Assembly: GCA_019391515.1 (NCBI GenBank)
Contig: JAHXQP010000020.1
Location: 156,367-220,366 of the forward strand
Direction: 5' to 3'
Length of the DNA stretch: 64,000 nt
DNA from: Clostridiaceae bacterium
Lineage (GTDB): Bacteria; Bacillota; Clostridia; Tissierellales; Sporanaerobacteraceae
The notes beneath the pieces were generated by a model, which saw only the letters and a list, made by a program, of their open reading frames with translations, was not told the origin of the DNA and did not search any database. This document shows positions 18,230 through 27,601 of this stretch, piece by piece. The translations under genes were made by a program, and so were the position numbers. Numbering within the stretch: the first letter of the stretch is position 1; every line of letters starts with the position of its first letter.

Positions 18230-19456
18230 ATGTCAATTAAACCTTTAAGAGTAAGTGAAGTTAATCAATATATAAAAAGAACTTTTGCAGGAGACCCAAT
18301 TTTATCGAACATATCAGTCGAAGGAGAAGTATCAAATTTTAAACATCATTATAGTGGGCATATGTATTTTTCATTAAAGGATGACAAAGGAAAAATCAAG
18401 TGTGTTATGTTTAAAAATGATAATAGTTCCATATCAATGGAATTAAAAGATGGTATGAAGGTAGTAGTTAAAGGATATATTTCAGTTTTTGAAAGAAATG
18501 GCAATTATCAATTATATGTGAAGAGTATAAAAAAAGAGGGTCTAGGAGAATTATATATAGCTTTTGAAAAATTAAAAACTAAGCTAGAACAAGAAGGACT
18601 TTTTGATGAAGAATATAAAAAAACTATACCTTGTTTTCCTAAAAAAATAGGTATAGTTACTTCATCTACTGGAGCAGCTATTAGGGATATAATTACGGTT
18701 ATAAAAAGGAGATTTCCAATAGTTGAACTTATAATATATCCTGTCTTAGTTCAAGGAGAATCTGCACCTTTAGAAATTTCTAGAGGGTTGAAATACTTTG
18801 ATAGTAGAGACGATATAGATTTAATAATTACTGGTAGGGGCGGGGGTTCAATAGAAGAATTGTTTGCTTTTAATGATGAAGGGTTAGCGAGAACTATTTA
18901 TGCAATGGGCAAGCCAGTTATTTCGGCTGTAGGTCATGAAACAGACTATACAATATCAGATTTTGTTGCAGATTTAAGAGCACCAACGCCATCAGCTGCC
19001 GCAGAACTAGCAGTACCAGAATTAAACTTTATGAAAAAAGAATTAAAAGATAATTTTTTAAATTTGGTAGATAGTTTTAACTATATAAAAGATAATAAAT
19101 TAAAAGAAATAGGTTATCAAAAAAATAAATTGAATTATAACAATCCGATTTCTAAACTTAATGACGATAAACAATATTTGGATACTTTGTTTAAAAAGTT
19201 GATTACAGTATATAATTTTAAAGTAAGTGAATTACACAGTAAAGTCGATAAACTTGGAGATAAGCTAAATATTTTAAGCCCCTTATCTTCAATAAACAGA
19301 GGATATGGATTGGTATTAGATAATAAAGGACATGTAATTAAAACTGTTAATGATATAAAAGAAGAAGAAAAATTAAGCATTTTACTAAAAGGTGGTATAG
19401 TTGAGAGTAAAGTGGTAAAAGTTAATAAAGGAGAGTTTAAAAATGGATTTAACTAA
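18230..19456 (+). CDS. xseA: Exodeoxyribonuclease VII large subunit
   Basis: SGH.YFSLKD, GRGGGSIEEL.AFNDE, VGHETD, APTPSAAAE; start ATG 18230. Confidence 0.97.
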   Translation: MSIKPLRVSEVNQYIKRTFAGDPILSNISVEGEVSNFKHHYSGHMYFSLKDDKGKIKCVMFKNDNSSISMELKDGMKVVVKGYISVFERNGNYQLYVKSIKKEGLGELYIAFEKLKTKLEQEGLFDEEYKKTIPCFPKKIGIVTSSTGAAIRDIITVIKRRFPIVELIIYPVLVQGESAPLEISRGLKYFDSRDDIDLIITGRGGGSIEELFAFNDEGLARTIYAMGKPVISAVGHETDYTISDFVADLRAPTPSAAAELAVPELNFMKKELKDNFLNLVDSFNYIKDNKLKEIGYQKNKLNYNNPISKLNDDKQYLDTLFKKLITVYNFKVSELHSKVDKLGDKLNILSPLSSINRGYGLVLDNKGHVIKTVNDIKEEEKLSILLKGGIVESKVVKVNKGEFKNGFN

Positions 19457-19664
19457 TTTGTCATATGAAGAGGGTTTAAAAGAATTAGAATCTATAATAG
19501 ACGGCCTAGAAACCGGAGAATTAACTTTAGAAGAGTCTTTTAATAAATTTAAAAAAGGCGTAGATTTATATAAACATCTATATGAAATACTCAACAAAGT
19601 AGAGGGAGAAATAAAAATTATAATGGAAGAAGAAATAGAAGAAGATTTCCAGTTGGAGGGTTAG
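19443..19664 (+). CDS. xseB: Exodeoxyribonuclease VII small subunit
   Basis: SYEE....LE.II..LE.GEL.LEES...F..GV.L. Confidence 0.95.
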   Translation: MDLTNLSYEEGLKELESIIDGLETGELTLEESFNKFKKGVDLYKHLYEILNKVEGEIKIIMEEEIEEDFQLEG

Positions 19665-19668
19665 CTAT

Positions 19669-20538
19669 ATGAGCGTAATGGATGAAATTGATCATTTGAA
19701 AGAAGTTATAGATGATGAATTAAATAGAATTTTTGTTAACAAAACAGGATATCAAGAAAAAATATTTCAAGCTATGAAATATAGTCTTTTTACGGGAGGA
19801 AAGCGAATTAGACCTGTACTTTTGCTAAAGAGCTGTGAAATGATTAGTGGAAGTTATGATGAAGCTATTCCTTTTGCATTGGCTTTAGAGATGATTCATA
19901 CTTATTCCCTTATTCATGATGATTTACCATCTATGGATGATGATGATTTTAGAAGAGGAAAGCCAACAAATCATAAAGTGTTTGGGGAAGCTATTGCAAT
20001 ACTTTCAGGAGATGGACTTCTTAATTTAGCATATGAGATAATGATAGAAAATACAATTTTATTTTCAAAAAATGGAGAAGATTACTATAAGTTTTTATTA
20101 GCTTCTAAAGAAATTAGTAGAGCTAGTGGTGTAGATGGGATGATTGGGGGACAAGTGGTTGATATTTTATCGGATAATGAGTCTATAGATAGTTTAGAAT
20201 TAGAATTTATGTATAGATGTAAGACAGCAGCATTAATTGAGGCAGCAGTAGTTTCAGGAGGAATTATTGGAGGGGCTAATGAAATAGAAATAGATAATTT
20301 ACGAAAATATGGACGTTGTATTGGTTTAGGTTACCAAATAAGGGATGATATATTGGATATGGATGAAGATAGGGCAATAAATAAAACAACCTATTTGTCT
20401 TTTAATTCTCTTGAAATGGCAAAGAAAAAAGTAAAATCTTTAAGCAAGGAAGCAAAACTATCTTTAGAAATTTTCAAGGATAATAATATTAGCTTTTTAG
20501 AAGAAATTGCATATTATTTAATTAATAGGAATAAATAG
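19669..20538 (+). CDS. ispA: Farnesyl-diphosphate synthase (geranyltranstransferase)
   Basis: GGKRIRP, HDDLPSMDDDDFRRG, GQ..D, KTA.L, Q.RDDILD. Confidence 0.95.
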   Translation: MSVMDEIDHLKEVIDDELNRIFVNKTGYQEKIFQAMKYSLFTGGKRIRPVLLLKSCEMISGSYDEAIPFALALEMIHTYSLIHDDLPSMDDDDFRRGKPTNHKVFGEAIAILSGDGLLNLAYEIMIENTILFSKNGEDYYKFLLASKEISRASGVDGMIGGQVVDILSDNESIDSLELEFMYRCKTAALIEAAVVSGGIIGGANEIEIDNLRKYGRCIGLGYQIRDDILDMDEDRAINKTTYLSFNSLEMAKKKVKSLSKEAKLSLEIFKDNNISFLEEIAYYLINRNK

Positions 20539-20550
20539 ATTTTTGTATCA

Positions 20551-20579
20551 TTGAAATAAGAAATATTCTATGCTATAAT
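20551..20579 (+). promoter_or_regulatory. sigmaA promoter of OLE RNA
   Basis: TTGAAA-N17-TATAAT with extended -10 (TGCTATAAT); predicted start about 20586-20587, at the RNA 5' end. Confidence 0.8.
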
Positions 20580-20586
20580 TATGATT

Positions 20587-21161
20587 AGCTTAGAGTGGTG
20601 CAGTATTCTAGTCAGCACAGCTATTCTCGAAGGCGGGGCTAAAAATCCGTCGAAGGGCATATCGATGAAGTTCCTAATCTCGGCTTTCGACGCCCAGTTG
20701 GGGGCCGTTATTGGGAGTAAGAGAGATGGGGCGATCTGCAATGGCATGCAGGCGTTGACCCTACTCTCGTGGAGACTTATCCTATAATACGGAAGGATAA
20801 GATAAACCTGCAAAGTAAATTCTATTACTAGCAGTGTAGCCTGCCTTGAGTGAAGTGGGCAGAAGATAATGGAAAACTAAACTTTTCAAAGGGCCCAGGA
20901 AAGTTAGGTTTTGTTATCGAAACCCATTTTGCAAAAGAGGCTAAGGAATAGACTGGCTGTTTGAGGAAAACTCCTAGACTGTTCTATTTAGGAGGTATAC
21001 TAGGGATTACAGTGCGGTCTAAGTGGTAATCTAGTTTCACTATTTGGCGACAAAGTGAAGATAAGATTGAAGGGAAACCGCTAATATGGCGACATGGAGT
21101 TCTTATCTGGGAAATCCTGCTAGACCTTAAGCCGTAAGATTTACTTAGTATATCACCACTC
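20587..21161 (+). ncRNA. ole: OLE (Ornate Large Extremophilic) RNA
   Basis: About 575 nt, visibly GC-richer than flanks, between ispA and oapA; closing helix GAGTGGTG(20593-20600)/CACCACTC(21154-21161); blocks recalled from the OLE consensus: GTGCAGTATTCTAGTCAG, GAAGGCGGG.CTAAAAATCCG, ATCGATGAAGTTCC, AGCAGTGTAGCCTGCCTTGAGTG, GAGGAAAACTCCTAGACTG, GGGAAATCCTGCTAGACCTTAAGCCG; several GNRA-capped hairpins (e.g. TTTG-GCGA-CAAA 21043-21054). Confidence 0.93.
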
Positions 21162-21193
21162 AAAAAGCTGATAGCATTTGCTATCAGCTTTTT
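21162..21193 (+). terminator. Intrinsic terminator immediately 3' of OLE RNA
   Basis: AAAAAGCTGATAGC-ATTT-GCTATCAGCTTTTT then ATTCTT. Confidence 0.8.
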
Positions 21194-21244
21194 ATTCTTA
21201 TAGGACTTTTCAAACCAATAAAATAATCTGGAGGTTATCATTAA

Positions 21245-21832
21245 ATGAGAAGAAAAGGTGATGATGGTATATCACATAAACAAAATAAAAAATGGGTTAT
21301 TATTATTTCTGTGTGGACATTTGTAATGGCCATTTTTTTTAGCTTAATAACCGAAAAACTTATGAAAAATTTAGATGTATTTTTTGCATTCATAATATTA
21401 ATTATTATTATACTATTAGGTATTCTATTTGATATAATAGGAATTGCGGTAACAGCCTCAGATGAAAAACCTTTTCATTCTATGGCTGCAAATAAAGTAG
21501 AAGAAGCAAAATATGCTATAAAACTTATTAAAAACGCAGGGCAAGTATCAAACTTTTGTAATGATGTTATTGGAGATATAAGTGGTATTGTAAGTGGTTC
21601 TGCCGGAACAATTATTATTTATAATATTATAAATAGATATAACATTAAAGATGGTACTATATTAAGTATAATAATAACAGCTTTGATTGCCTCTTTTACC
21701 GTAGGTGGAAAAGCCGTAGGAAAAGAAATAGCTATAAATAATTCTGAAAAGATTATATTTAGAATGGCTAAAGTACTAAATTTTCTAGAAAATAATTTTA
21801 AAATAAAATTATTTAAAAATCAAGCAAAATAA
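21245..21832 (+). CDS. oapA: OLE-associated membrane protein A
   Basis: Four TMs, FD.IGIA.TA....PFHSMAA.KV and SNFCNDVIGDISGIVSG (DxxGDxxGxxxG); directly after OLE. Confidence 0.9.
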   Translation: MRRKGDDGISHKQNKKWVIIISVWTFVMAIFFSLITEKLMKNLDVFFAFIILIIIILLGILFDIIGIAVTASDEKPFHSMAANKVEEAKYAIKLIKNAGQVSNFCNDVIGDISGIVSGSAGTIIIYNIINRYNIKDGTILSIIITALIASFTVGGKAVGKEIAINNSEKIIFRMAKVLNFLENNFKIKLFKNQAK

Positions 21833-21848
21833 ATATAGGAGAGATTAT

Positions 21849-22652
21849 ATGAAGAAAGAAAGAATAGATATTTTATTAGTTGAAAAAAATCTTGTCAAAT
21901 CACGAGAAAGAGCAAAAAGAATTGTTATGGAAGGAATAGTATTTGTAGATGGACAAAGGATTGATAAGCCTGGAGAAAAAGTAGCTATAGATAAAGAAAT
22001 ATTAATAAAAGGAAATCCAATTCCCTATGTAAGTAGGGGAGGACTAAAATTAGAAAAAGCTATTGGCAGTTTTAATATAGATTTAAAAGATAAAATAGCT
22101 ATAGATGTTGGAGCTTCTACAGGAGGATTTACAGATTGTATGCTTAAAAACGGTGCAAAAAAAGTATATGCAATAGATGTAGGTTATGGACAAATAGACT
22201 GGAAGCTAAGACAAGATGATAGGGTAGTTGTGAAGGAAAGGACTAATATAAGATATGTTACAAAAGATGATATGGGTGAATTAGCAGATTTTGCTTCTAT
22301 AGATGTTTCTTTTATTTCTTTAAAATTAGTATTACCCGTAGTTAAGGAGCTTATAAATAGTGATGGAAAAATTATTTGTTTAGTTAAGCCACAATTTGAG
22401 GCTGGCAAAGAAAAAGTGGGAAAGAAAGGTATAATAAGAGATAGCAAAATTCATGAAGAAGTATTAAATAGTATTTATGAGTTTTGCGAAGAAATAAGTC
22501 TTCAAGTTAAAGATGCGACATATTCTCCAGTAAAAGGAACTACTGGAAATATAGAATATTTATTTTATTTAACAAAAGGACTAGATAAAACGGATAATGA
22601 AATTAAAGAAAAACTCAAAGGAATTGTTGAAAAATCTCATATAATGTTATAA
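21849..22652 (+). CDS. tlyA: TlyA rRNA 2'-O-methyltransferase
   Basis: S4 domain, YVSRGGLKL, DVGASTGGFTD, DVSFISL, VKPQFE, GNIEYL. Confidence 0.96.
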   Translation: MKKERIDILLVEKNLVKSRERAKRIVMEGIVFVDGQRIDKPGEKVAIDKEILIKGNPIPYVSRGGLKLEKAIGSFNIDLKDKIAIDVGASTGGFTDCMLKNGAKKVYAIDVGYGQIDWKLRQDDRVVVKERTNIRYVTKDDMGELADFASIDVSFISLKLVLPVVKELINSDGKIICLVKPQFEAGKEKVGKKGIIRDSKIHEEVLNSIYEFCEEISLQVKDATYSPVKGTTGNIEYLFYLTKGLDKTDNEIKEKLKGIVEKSHIML

Positions 22653-22653
22653 T
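22645..22653 (+). promoter_or_regulatory. Extended -10 promoter for argR-recN overlapping tlyA stop
   Basis: TGTTATAAT; -35 poorly spaced. Confidence 0.45.
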
Positions 22654-22727
22654 CAATATAGAATAATTAAGGTTTTAGTTGGGTTAAGAACTCTTCCTAA
22701 ATAGTCTTACTTTAAAGGAGGCAAAAT

Positions 22728-23180
22728 ATGAAGAAATATGGAAGGCAGAGAAAAATTTTAGAACTGATAGAGACCTATGAAATAGAGACTCAAGAAGAAT
22801 TAGCAGATCATCTAAAAAGGACTGGTATTGATATTACTCAAGCTACTATTTCTAGAGATATAAAGGAATTAAGATTGGTTAAAGTCTTATCTAAGAGTGG
22901 TAAATATAAATATGCTGTTATGGATGATAGTACTGAAGGAGCTACAGATAGACTTATAAAAATATTTAAAAGTTCCATTACAAGCTATGATGTAGCTGGC
23001 CATATTTTAGTTATTAAGACTTTACCTGGTGCGGCACAAGTTTGTGCTTCGGCTATAGATACATTAAAAATTGAATCTGTTGTAGGCAGTATTGCTGGGG
23101 ACGATACTATATTTGTTGCTATTAGTGATATAGAGCATATTGATTCGGTAGTAAAAACTTTCCAAAGTTTACTCAATTAG
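22728..23180 (+). CDS. argR: Arginine repressor
   Basis: TQEEL, TQATISRDIKEL, T.PG.A, G.IAGDDT. Confidence 0.97.
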   Translation: MKKYGRQRKILELIETYEIETQEELADHLKRTGIDITQATISRDIKELRLVKVLSKSGKYKYAVMDDSTEGATDRLIKIFKSSITSYDVAGHILVIKTLPGAAQVCASAIDTLKIESVVGSIAGDDTIFVAISDIEHIDSVVKTFQSLLN

Positions 23181-23194
23181 TTGGAGGGAGTTTT

Positions 23195-24910
23195 ATGATT
23201 GTAGAACTAAATATTGAGAATTTTGCTATAGTGGAAAGATTGAATATAAATTTTACTAAGGGGCTCAATGTATTAACAGGAGAAACAGGTGCAGGAAAGT
23301 CAATAATTGTAGAAGCAATTAGCTTGATTTTAGGAGGAAGAGCTAATAAAGATTTAATAAGGACAGGTTATGATAAAGCTATTTTAGAAGGACTTTTTTT
23401 TCTTGAAAAACCTAAAAAAATAGAAAAAATTTTAAATCAATATGGTATTGAAAAAGATCGTAGTAACTACATACTTATAACTAGGGAATTACACGCAACA
23501 GGCAGGAGTGTTTCAAGAATTAATGGGAGAACAGTAACAGTTAATATGTTAAATAATATTACAAAGCATCTAGTCGATATTCATGGACAACATGAGCATC
23601 AATCTCTTTTAAATGTAGAAAGCCATATTAATATTATTGATTCTTTTGGAGATGGCTCTTTTAATGAGTTAAAAGAAAAAATAAAATCTGATTATATTAG
23701 GATTTTAAATTTAAAGAAAAAATTAAAGAGTTTGTCTTTAGAAGAAATGGAAAGAGATAGGGAGATTGATATTTTAAAATATCAAATAGAAGAAATAGAT
23801 AGTTCAAATTTATCTGTGGAAGAGGATGAAAATATTTTAATAGAGTATAATAAATTAAATAATGCACAAAATATTGAATCCAATCTAGGTAAATCTATAA
23901 ATATTCTTCAATCAAAAGAATATGATAGTTTTTCTACAATAGATAGTTTGAATGAGGCTATTAATCTAATTGAAGAGATAAAAGATAATGATATAGAATT
24001 AGAAAAAAGCTATAAAGAACTTATTGATATTAATTTTGAATTACAGGATATTACAAGAAATTTAAATAATTATATGGAAAATCTAGTTATAGATAAAGAG
24101 CAATTAGATTTTTTAGAAGACAGAATTAATACCATAAATAAATTAAAAAAGAAATATGGAAATAGCATCCAGGAAATTTTTATATATAGAGATAACATAT
24201 ATTCAAAACTTCAGCTTCTTTTAAATATAGAAGAGGAAATTCAAGATATTAATAAAAAAATCAAAAAAGTTGAAGAGGTTTTAAAAGTTAATTGTGCACT
24301 ATTATCTGAGGACAGGAAACTAATTGGTTCAAACCTTGAAAAAGAGGTTTTTAGAGAATTACAAGAACTCAATATGAAAGATGTAGTTTTTAAGATAAGT
24401 TTTGATGAATATGATTATTTTACAATTAATGGGCTTGATAAGGTTGAATTTTTAATATCTACAAACCCAGGTGAAAAATTAAAACCTCTTTCTAAAATTG
24501 TTTCAGGAGGAGAAATGTCTAGGATAATGTTAGCTTTTAAGTCGATTTTAGCTGAATATGATTATATACCCTGTCTTATTTTTGATGAGATAGATACGGG
24601 AATTAGCGGAAGAACTGCTCAGATTGTAGGAGAGAAGATCAATAATATTTCAAAAAAACATCAAGTGATTTGCATTTCTCATTTGCCTCAAATTGCTGCA
24701 CTTGCAGATACTCATTTTTCAATATCAAAAAAAATAACAGAAGATAAAACTATTGTTAAAGTAAAAAAGTTAAATTATGAAGAGAGAATTAATGAATTAG
24801 CAAGATTATTAGGTGGAGTAGATTTAACAAACACAACAAAACTACATGCAAAAGAAATGTTAGAATTGACTAAAAAAATAAAAAAAGTTTCTAAAAACAC
24901 TTTATACTAA
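23195..24910 (+). CDS. recN: DNA repair protein RecN
   Basis: TGETGAGKS, HGQHE, SGGE.SR.MLA, IFDEID.G.SG, SHLPQIAA. Confidence 0.97.
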   Translation: MIVELNIENFAIVERLNINFTKGLNVLTGETGAGKSIIVEAISLILGGRANKDLIRTGYDKAILEGLFFLEKPKKIEKILNQYGIEKDRSNYILITRELHATGRSVSRINGRTVTVNMLNNITKHLVDIHGQHEHQSLLNVESHINIIDSFGDGSFNELKEKIKSDYIRILNLKKKLKSLSLEEMERDREIDILKYQIEEIDSSNLSVEEDENILIEYNKLNNAQNIESNLGKSINILQSKEYDSFSTIDSLNEAINLIEEIKDNDIELEKSYKELIDINFELQDITRNLNNYMENLVIDKEQLDFLEDRINTINKLKKKYGNSIQEIFIYRDNIYSKLQLLLNIEEEIQDINKKIKKVEEVLKVNCALLSEDRKLIGSNLEKEVFRELQELNMKDVVFKISFDEYDYFTINGLDKVEFLISTNPGEKLKPLSKIVSGGEMSRIMLAFKSILAEYDYIPCLIFDEIDTGISGRTAQIVGEKINNISKKHQVICISHLPQIAALADTHFSISKKITEDKTIVKVKKLNYEERINELARLLGGVDLTNTTKLHAKEMLELTKKIKKVSKNTLY

Positions 24911-24926
24911 ATTATAAAGTGTTTTT
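24893..24926 (+). terminator. Terminator after recN
   Basis: AAAAACACTTTATA-CTAAAT-TATAAAGTGTTTTT. Confidence 0.7.
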
Positions 24927-24979
24927 TCATTTTAAAACCATAGTTGAATGTACTTTACATATGTATAAAAAATTACAGA

Positions 24980-25009
24980 GAATAAATAAGAGCAAAAAAG
25001 GCTACATTA
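24980..25009 (+). promoter_or_regulatory. sigmaF/G-type promoter of spoIVB
   Basis: GAATA-N15-GGCTACATTA fits GYWTA-N15-GGnnAnAnTR. Confidence 0.7.
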
Positions 25010-25075
25010 TAGTTGCAAATAATATTTCTTTGGAGGTGAATATGAAAAGGGGAATTTTGGGGAGAGTGATTATAC

Positions 25076-26395
25076 TTGCCAAATCGTCTCAAATATAGAA
25101 AACGAATATCTATTTTATTCTTAATCTTTATATTTTTTTACTTCATCCAAGCATGGAGTGTTTTTTATTATCCTCAAGAAATAAATATTATTAAAGGAGA
25201 AAAAAAAGATTTTCAAGTATTTTTTCCGTTTACTTTAAAAGTATCGCAAGACAGTAATGATATTGTAAATATAAGAGATTATCAAAAACTTGGGTTATCC
25301 TTAAAAAAATCCTATACTTTTGATACTTTAGAATCTGGTATAGCTAAATTGCAATTTAAATTATTTGGGATAATACCAGTTAAAACCGTAGAAGTAAATG
25401 TAGTGGAAAGGGTACATTTAGTACCTGGAGGTAATTCTATTGGGGTTAGATTAAATACAAAAGGAGTTCTTGTAGTGTCTATAACAGATATTGTAGGAAT
25501 AGATGGGAAAAAATATAATCCAGCAAAAGAATCAGGAATAAGACCAGGAGATAATATTATTGAAATAGATGGTAAACAAGTAAAAGATGCTGAACATGTA
25601 GTTGAATTATTAAATAATGTACAGAGTAATAAAGTGTCTATTACAATTGAGAGAAATAATATTAAGTTTACTACAGATGTAGTGCCTGTAAAAAGCATAC
25701 AGGATAATTGCTATAGATTAGGAATATGGGTACGAGATAAGACTGCAGGAATAGGCACACTTACTTTTTATAATAAAGATAATAATATGTTTGGAGCTCT
25801 AGGTCATGGCATAACAGATATGGATACAGGAAAACTATTAAATGTTAAAAATGGTAAGATAATGGGTGCAAAAATTTCAGAAATAGAACAAGGCAAAAAA
25901 GGAAATCCTGGTGAAATCCGCGGAATATTTTATGAAACGGAAAATGTTTTAGGGGATATAACTAGAAATACCCCTTTTGGGATATACGGTAATATTGATA
26001 GTACTTCTATAGAAACAAATAAAACAAAATCAATACCTGTAGGCTTTAAAGAAGAAGTTAGAGAAGGGAAGGCCTATATATTAACTACTTTAAATAATAA
26101 TAAAATTGAAAAATTTGAAGTAGAAATAATCAAAGCTCAAAATCAATCAAGTCCTGAACAAAAAAGTATGGTTTTGAAAGTTACGGATAAAAAATTATTA
26201 CAACAAACTGGAGGAATTGTTCAAGGAATGAGCGGAAGTCCTATAATACAGGATGGAAAAATAATTGGAGCTGTTACCCATGTTTTTGTAAATGATCCTA
26301 CTAAAGGCTATGGATTATATATAGAATGGATGTTAGAGCAAACAGATATAGGTATTAAAAATAAGAAGAATTTTGCAGAAAATGGGAAAAGGTAG
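25076..26395 (+). CDS. spoIVB: SpoIVB serine peptidase (PDZ + S55)
   Basis: PGG.SIGV, GIWVRD.TAGIGTLTF, ALGHGI.D, GIVQGMSGSPIIQ.GK.IGAVTHVFVNDP..GYG. Confidence 0.97.
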   Translation: MPNRLKYRKRISILFLIFIFFYFIQAWSVFYYPQEINIIKGEKKDFQVFFPFTLKVSQDSNDIVNIRDYQKLGLSLKKSYTFDTLESGIAKLQFKLFGIIPVKTVEVNVVERVHLVPGGNSIGVRLNTKGVLVVSITDIVGIDGKKYNPAKESGIRPGDNIIEIDGKQVKDAEHVVELLNNVQSNKVSITIERNNIKFTTDVVPVKSIQDNCYRLGIWVRDKTAGIGTLTFYNKDNNMFGALGHGITDMDTGKLLNVKNGKIMGAKISEIEQGKKGNPGEIRGIFYETENVLGDITRNTPFGIYGNIDSTSIETNKTKSIPVGFKEEVREGKAYILTTLNNNKIEKFEVEIIKAQNQSSPEQKSMVLKVTDKKLLQQTGGIVQGMSGSPIIQDGKIIGAVTHVFVNDPTKGYGLYIEWMLEQTDIGIKNKKNFAENGKR

Positions 26396-26425
26396 GTTTG
26401 CATTCTATCTTTTCCCATTTTTATT
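26379..26425 (+). terminator. Terminator after spoIVB
   Basis: AAAATGGGAAAAG...CTTTTCCCATTTT followed by TATT. Confidence 0.65.
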
Positions 26426-26450
26426 AAATAATATTTTTAAAAGAATTAGA

Positions 26451-26475
26451 AGGAATTAACATTTGTTTGTCGAAT
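26451..26475 (+). promoter_or_regulatory. sigmaH promoter of spo0A overlapping a 0A box
   Basis: AGGAATT-N11-GTCGAAT; consensus 0A box TGTCGAA at 26468-26474. Confidence 0.8.
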
Positions 26476-26532
26476 AAATATATGTGCTCAACAGATAATA
26501 TTTTAACTTATATATACAGGGGGGTAATTGTT

Positions 26533-27345
26533 TTGGAAAAAATAAAAATACTTGTCGCTGATGATAACAAGGAGTTTTGCGACATATTGGAAGAGTATTT
26601 AGTACAGCAGGAGGATTTCGAGGTCATAGGTTTTGCTAAGGATGGGTTAGAAGCATTGAATATGATTAGCGAAAAAAAACCAGATGTTTTAATTCTAGAC
26701 ATAATAATGCCACATTTAGATGGCCTAGGGGTTTTAGAACGTTTAAATATGATGAATTTAGAAAAAAAACCTAAAGTAATAGTTCTATCTGCCGTTGGAC
26801 AAGATAAAATAACTCAGAAAACAATTGAATTGGGAGCAGATTATTACGTAGTAAAGCCTTTTGATTTTGAAATATTTATGAAAAGGCTAAGAGAAATATC
26901 TGGCATGCCTAATGATGATGTAAATGTTAAGAGATACATTCATATACCTAAACAGATGTCTGCAAACGTAGATAATATTAAAAGTATGGAAGCAAGAATA
27001 ACAAATATCATCCATGAAATAGGAGTACCAGCCCATATAAAGGGTTACTTATATTTAAGGGAAGCTATAGCAATGGTAGTAGAAGATGTGGAACTATTAG
27101 GTGCAGTAACCAAGGAATTATATCCAAATATAGCTAGAAAATATAATACAACACCCAGTAGAGTAGAAAGAGCTATTAGACATGCTATAGAAGTAGCTTG
27201 GAGTAGAGGAAAAGTAGATACTATAAATAGTATTTTTGGATATACTGTTCATACGGATAAAGGAAAACCTACAAATAGTGAGTTTATAGCAATGGTTGCC
27301 GATAAATTACGATTAGAGCAAGAAATGATGGAAAATAAAGCATAA
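26533..27345 (+). CDS. spo0A: Sporulation master regulator Spo0A
   Basis: Receiver ([14 protein letters not shown]) plus [41 protein letters not shown]; start TTG 26533 after GGGGG, not 26467. Confidence 0.98.
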   Translation: MEKIKILVADDNKEFCDILEEYLVQQEDFEVIGFAKDGLEALNMISEKKPDVLILDIIMPHLDGLGVLERLNMMNLEKKPKVIVLSAVGQDKITQKTIELGADYYVVKPFDFEIFMKRLREISGMPNDDVNVKRYIHIPKQMSANVDNIKSMEARITNIIHEIGVPAHIKGYLYLREAIAMVVEDVELLGAVTKELYPNIARKYNTTPSRVERAIRHAIEVAWSRGKVDTINSIFGYTVHTDKGKPTNSEFIAMVADKLRLEQEMMENKA

Positions 27346-27346
27346 T

Positions 27347-27384
27347 TTAAAGAAATCCCCTAGCATTCTAGGGGATTTCTTTAA
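27347..27384 (+). terminator. Terminator after spo0A
   Basis: 17-bp perfect stem TTAAAGAAATCCCCTAG-CATT-CTAGGGGATTTCTTTAA. Confidence 0.8.
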
Positions 27385-27393
27385 CAACAAACA

Positions 27394-27422
27394 ATCATAG
27401 CCGATCTTATCATAATTGATAA
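27394..27422. repeat. Shared intergenic element, copy 1 (candidate operator)
   Basis: ATCATA-GCCG-ATCTTATCATAATTGATAA; core palindrome TTATCA-N4-TGATAA; near-identical copy at 51178-51206. Confidence 0.65.
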
Positions 27423-27516
27423 TAAAATAAAACATAACTAAAGCCTTAAAAGAAAAGAAATTTTATCAGACTTTAGTTAGAAGTGAATTAAAAAAATTTT
27501 ATATAATCCAATATTA

Positions 27517-27525
27517 TGCTATAAT
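27517..27525 (+). promoter_or_regulatory. Extended -10 sigmaA promoter for steA operon
   Basis: TGCTATAAT; -35 weak (TTTTAT). Confidence 0.55.
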
Positions 27526-27601
27526 AAGTTGAAGAGTTATATATTAGTTATAAAATGTTTATTAATAAATATTTTATGTATAGTAGATTTGGAGGATTAT
27601 T

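Noticed and set aside
20587-21161. RNase P RNA, tmRNA, SRP, T-box or group II intron as identity of the GC-rich intergenic stretch
   Set aside because: I found no RNase P P4 motif (GAGGAAAGUCC...), tmRNA tRNA-like ends, T-box sequence or intron domain V; the sequence blocks and the ispA/oapA context fit OLE.
20568-21241. ORFs 20581..20787 (+), 20568..20813 (-) and 20984..21241 (-)
   Set aside because: No RBS; they lie inside the structured RNA, where higher GC reduces stop codons.
26467-26532. 22-aa N-terminal extension of Spo0A in the ORF track
   Set aside because: The TTG at 26467 overlaps the sigmaH -10 and 0A box; the RBS-supported start is TTG 26533.
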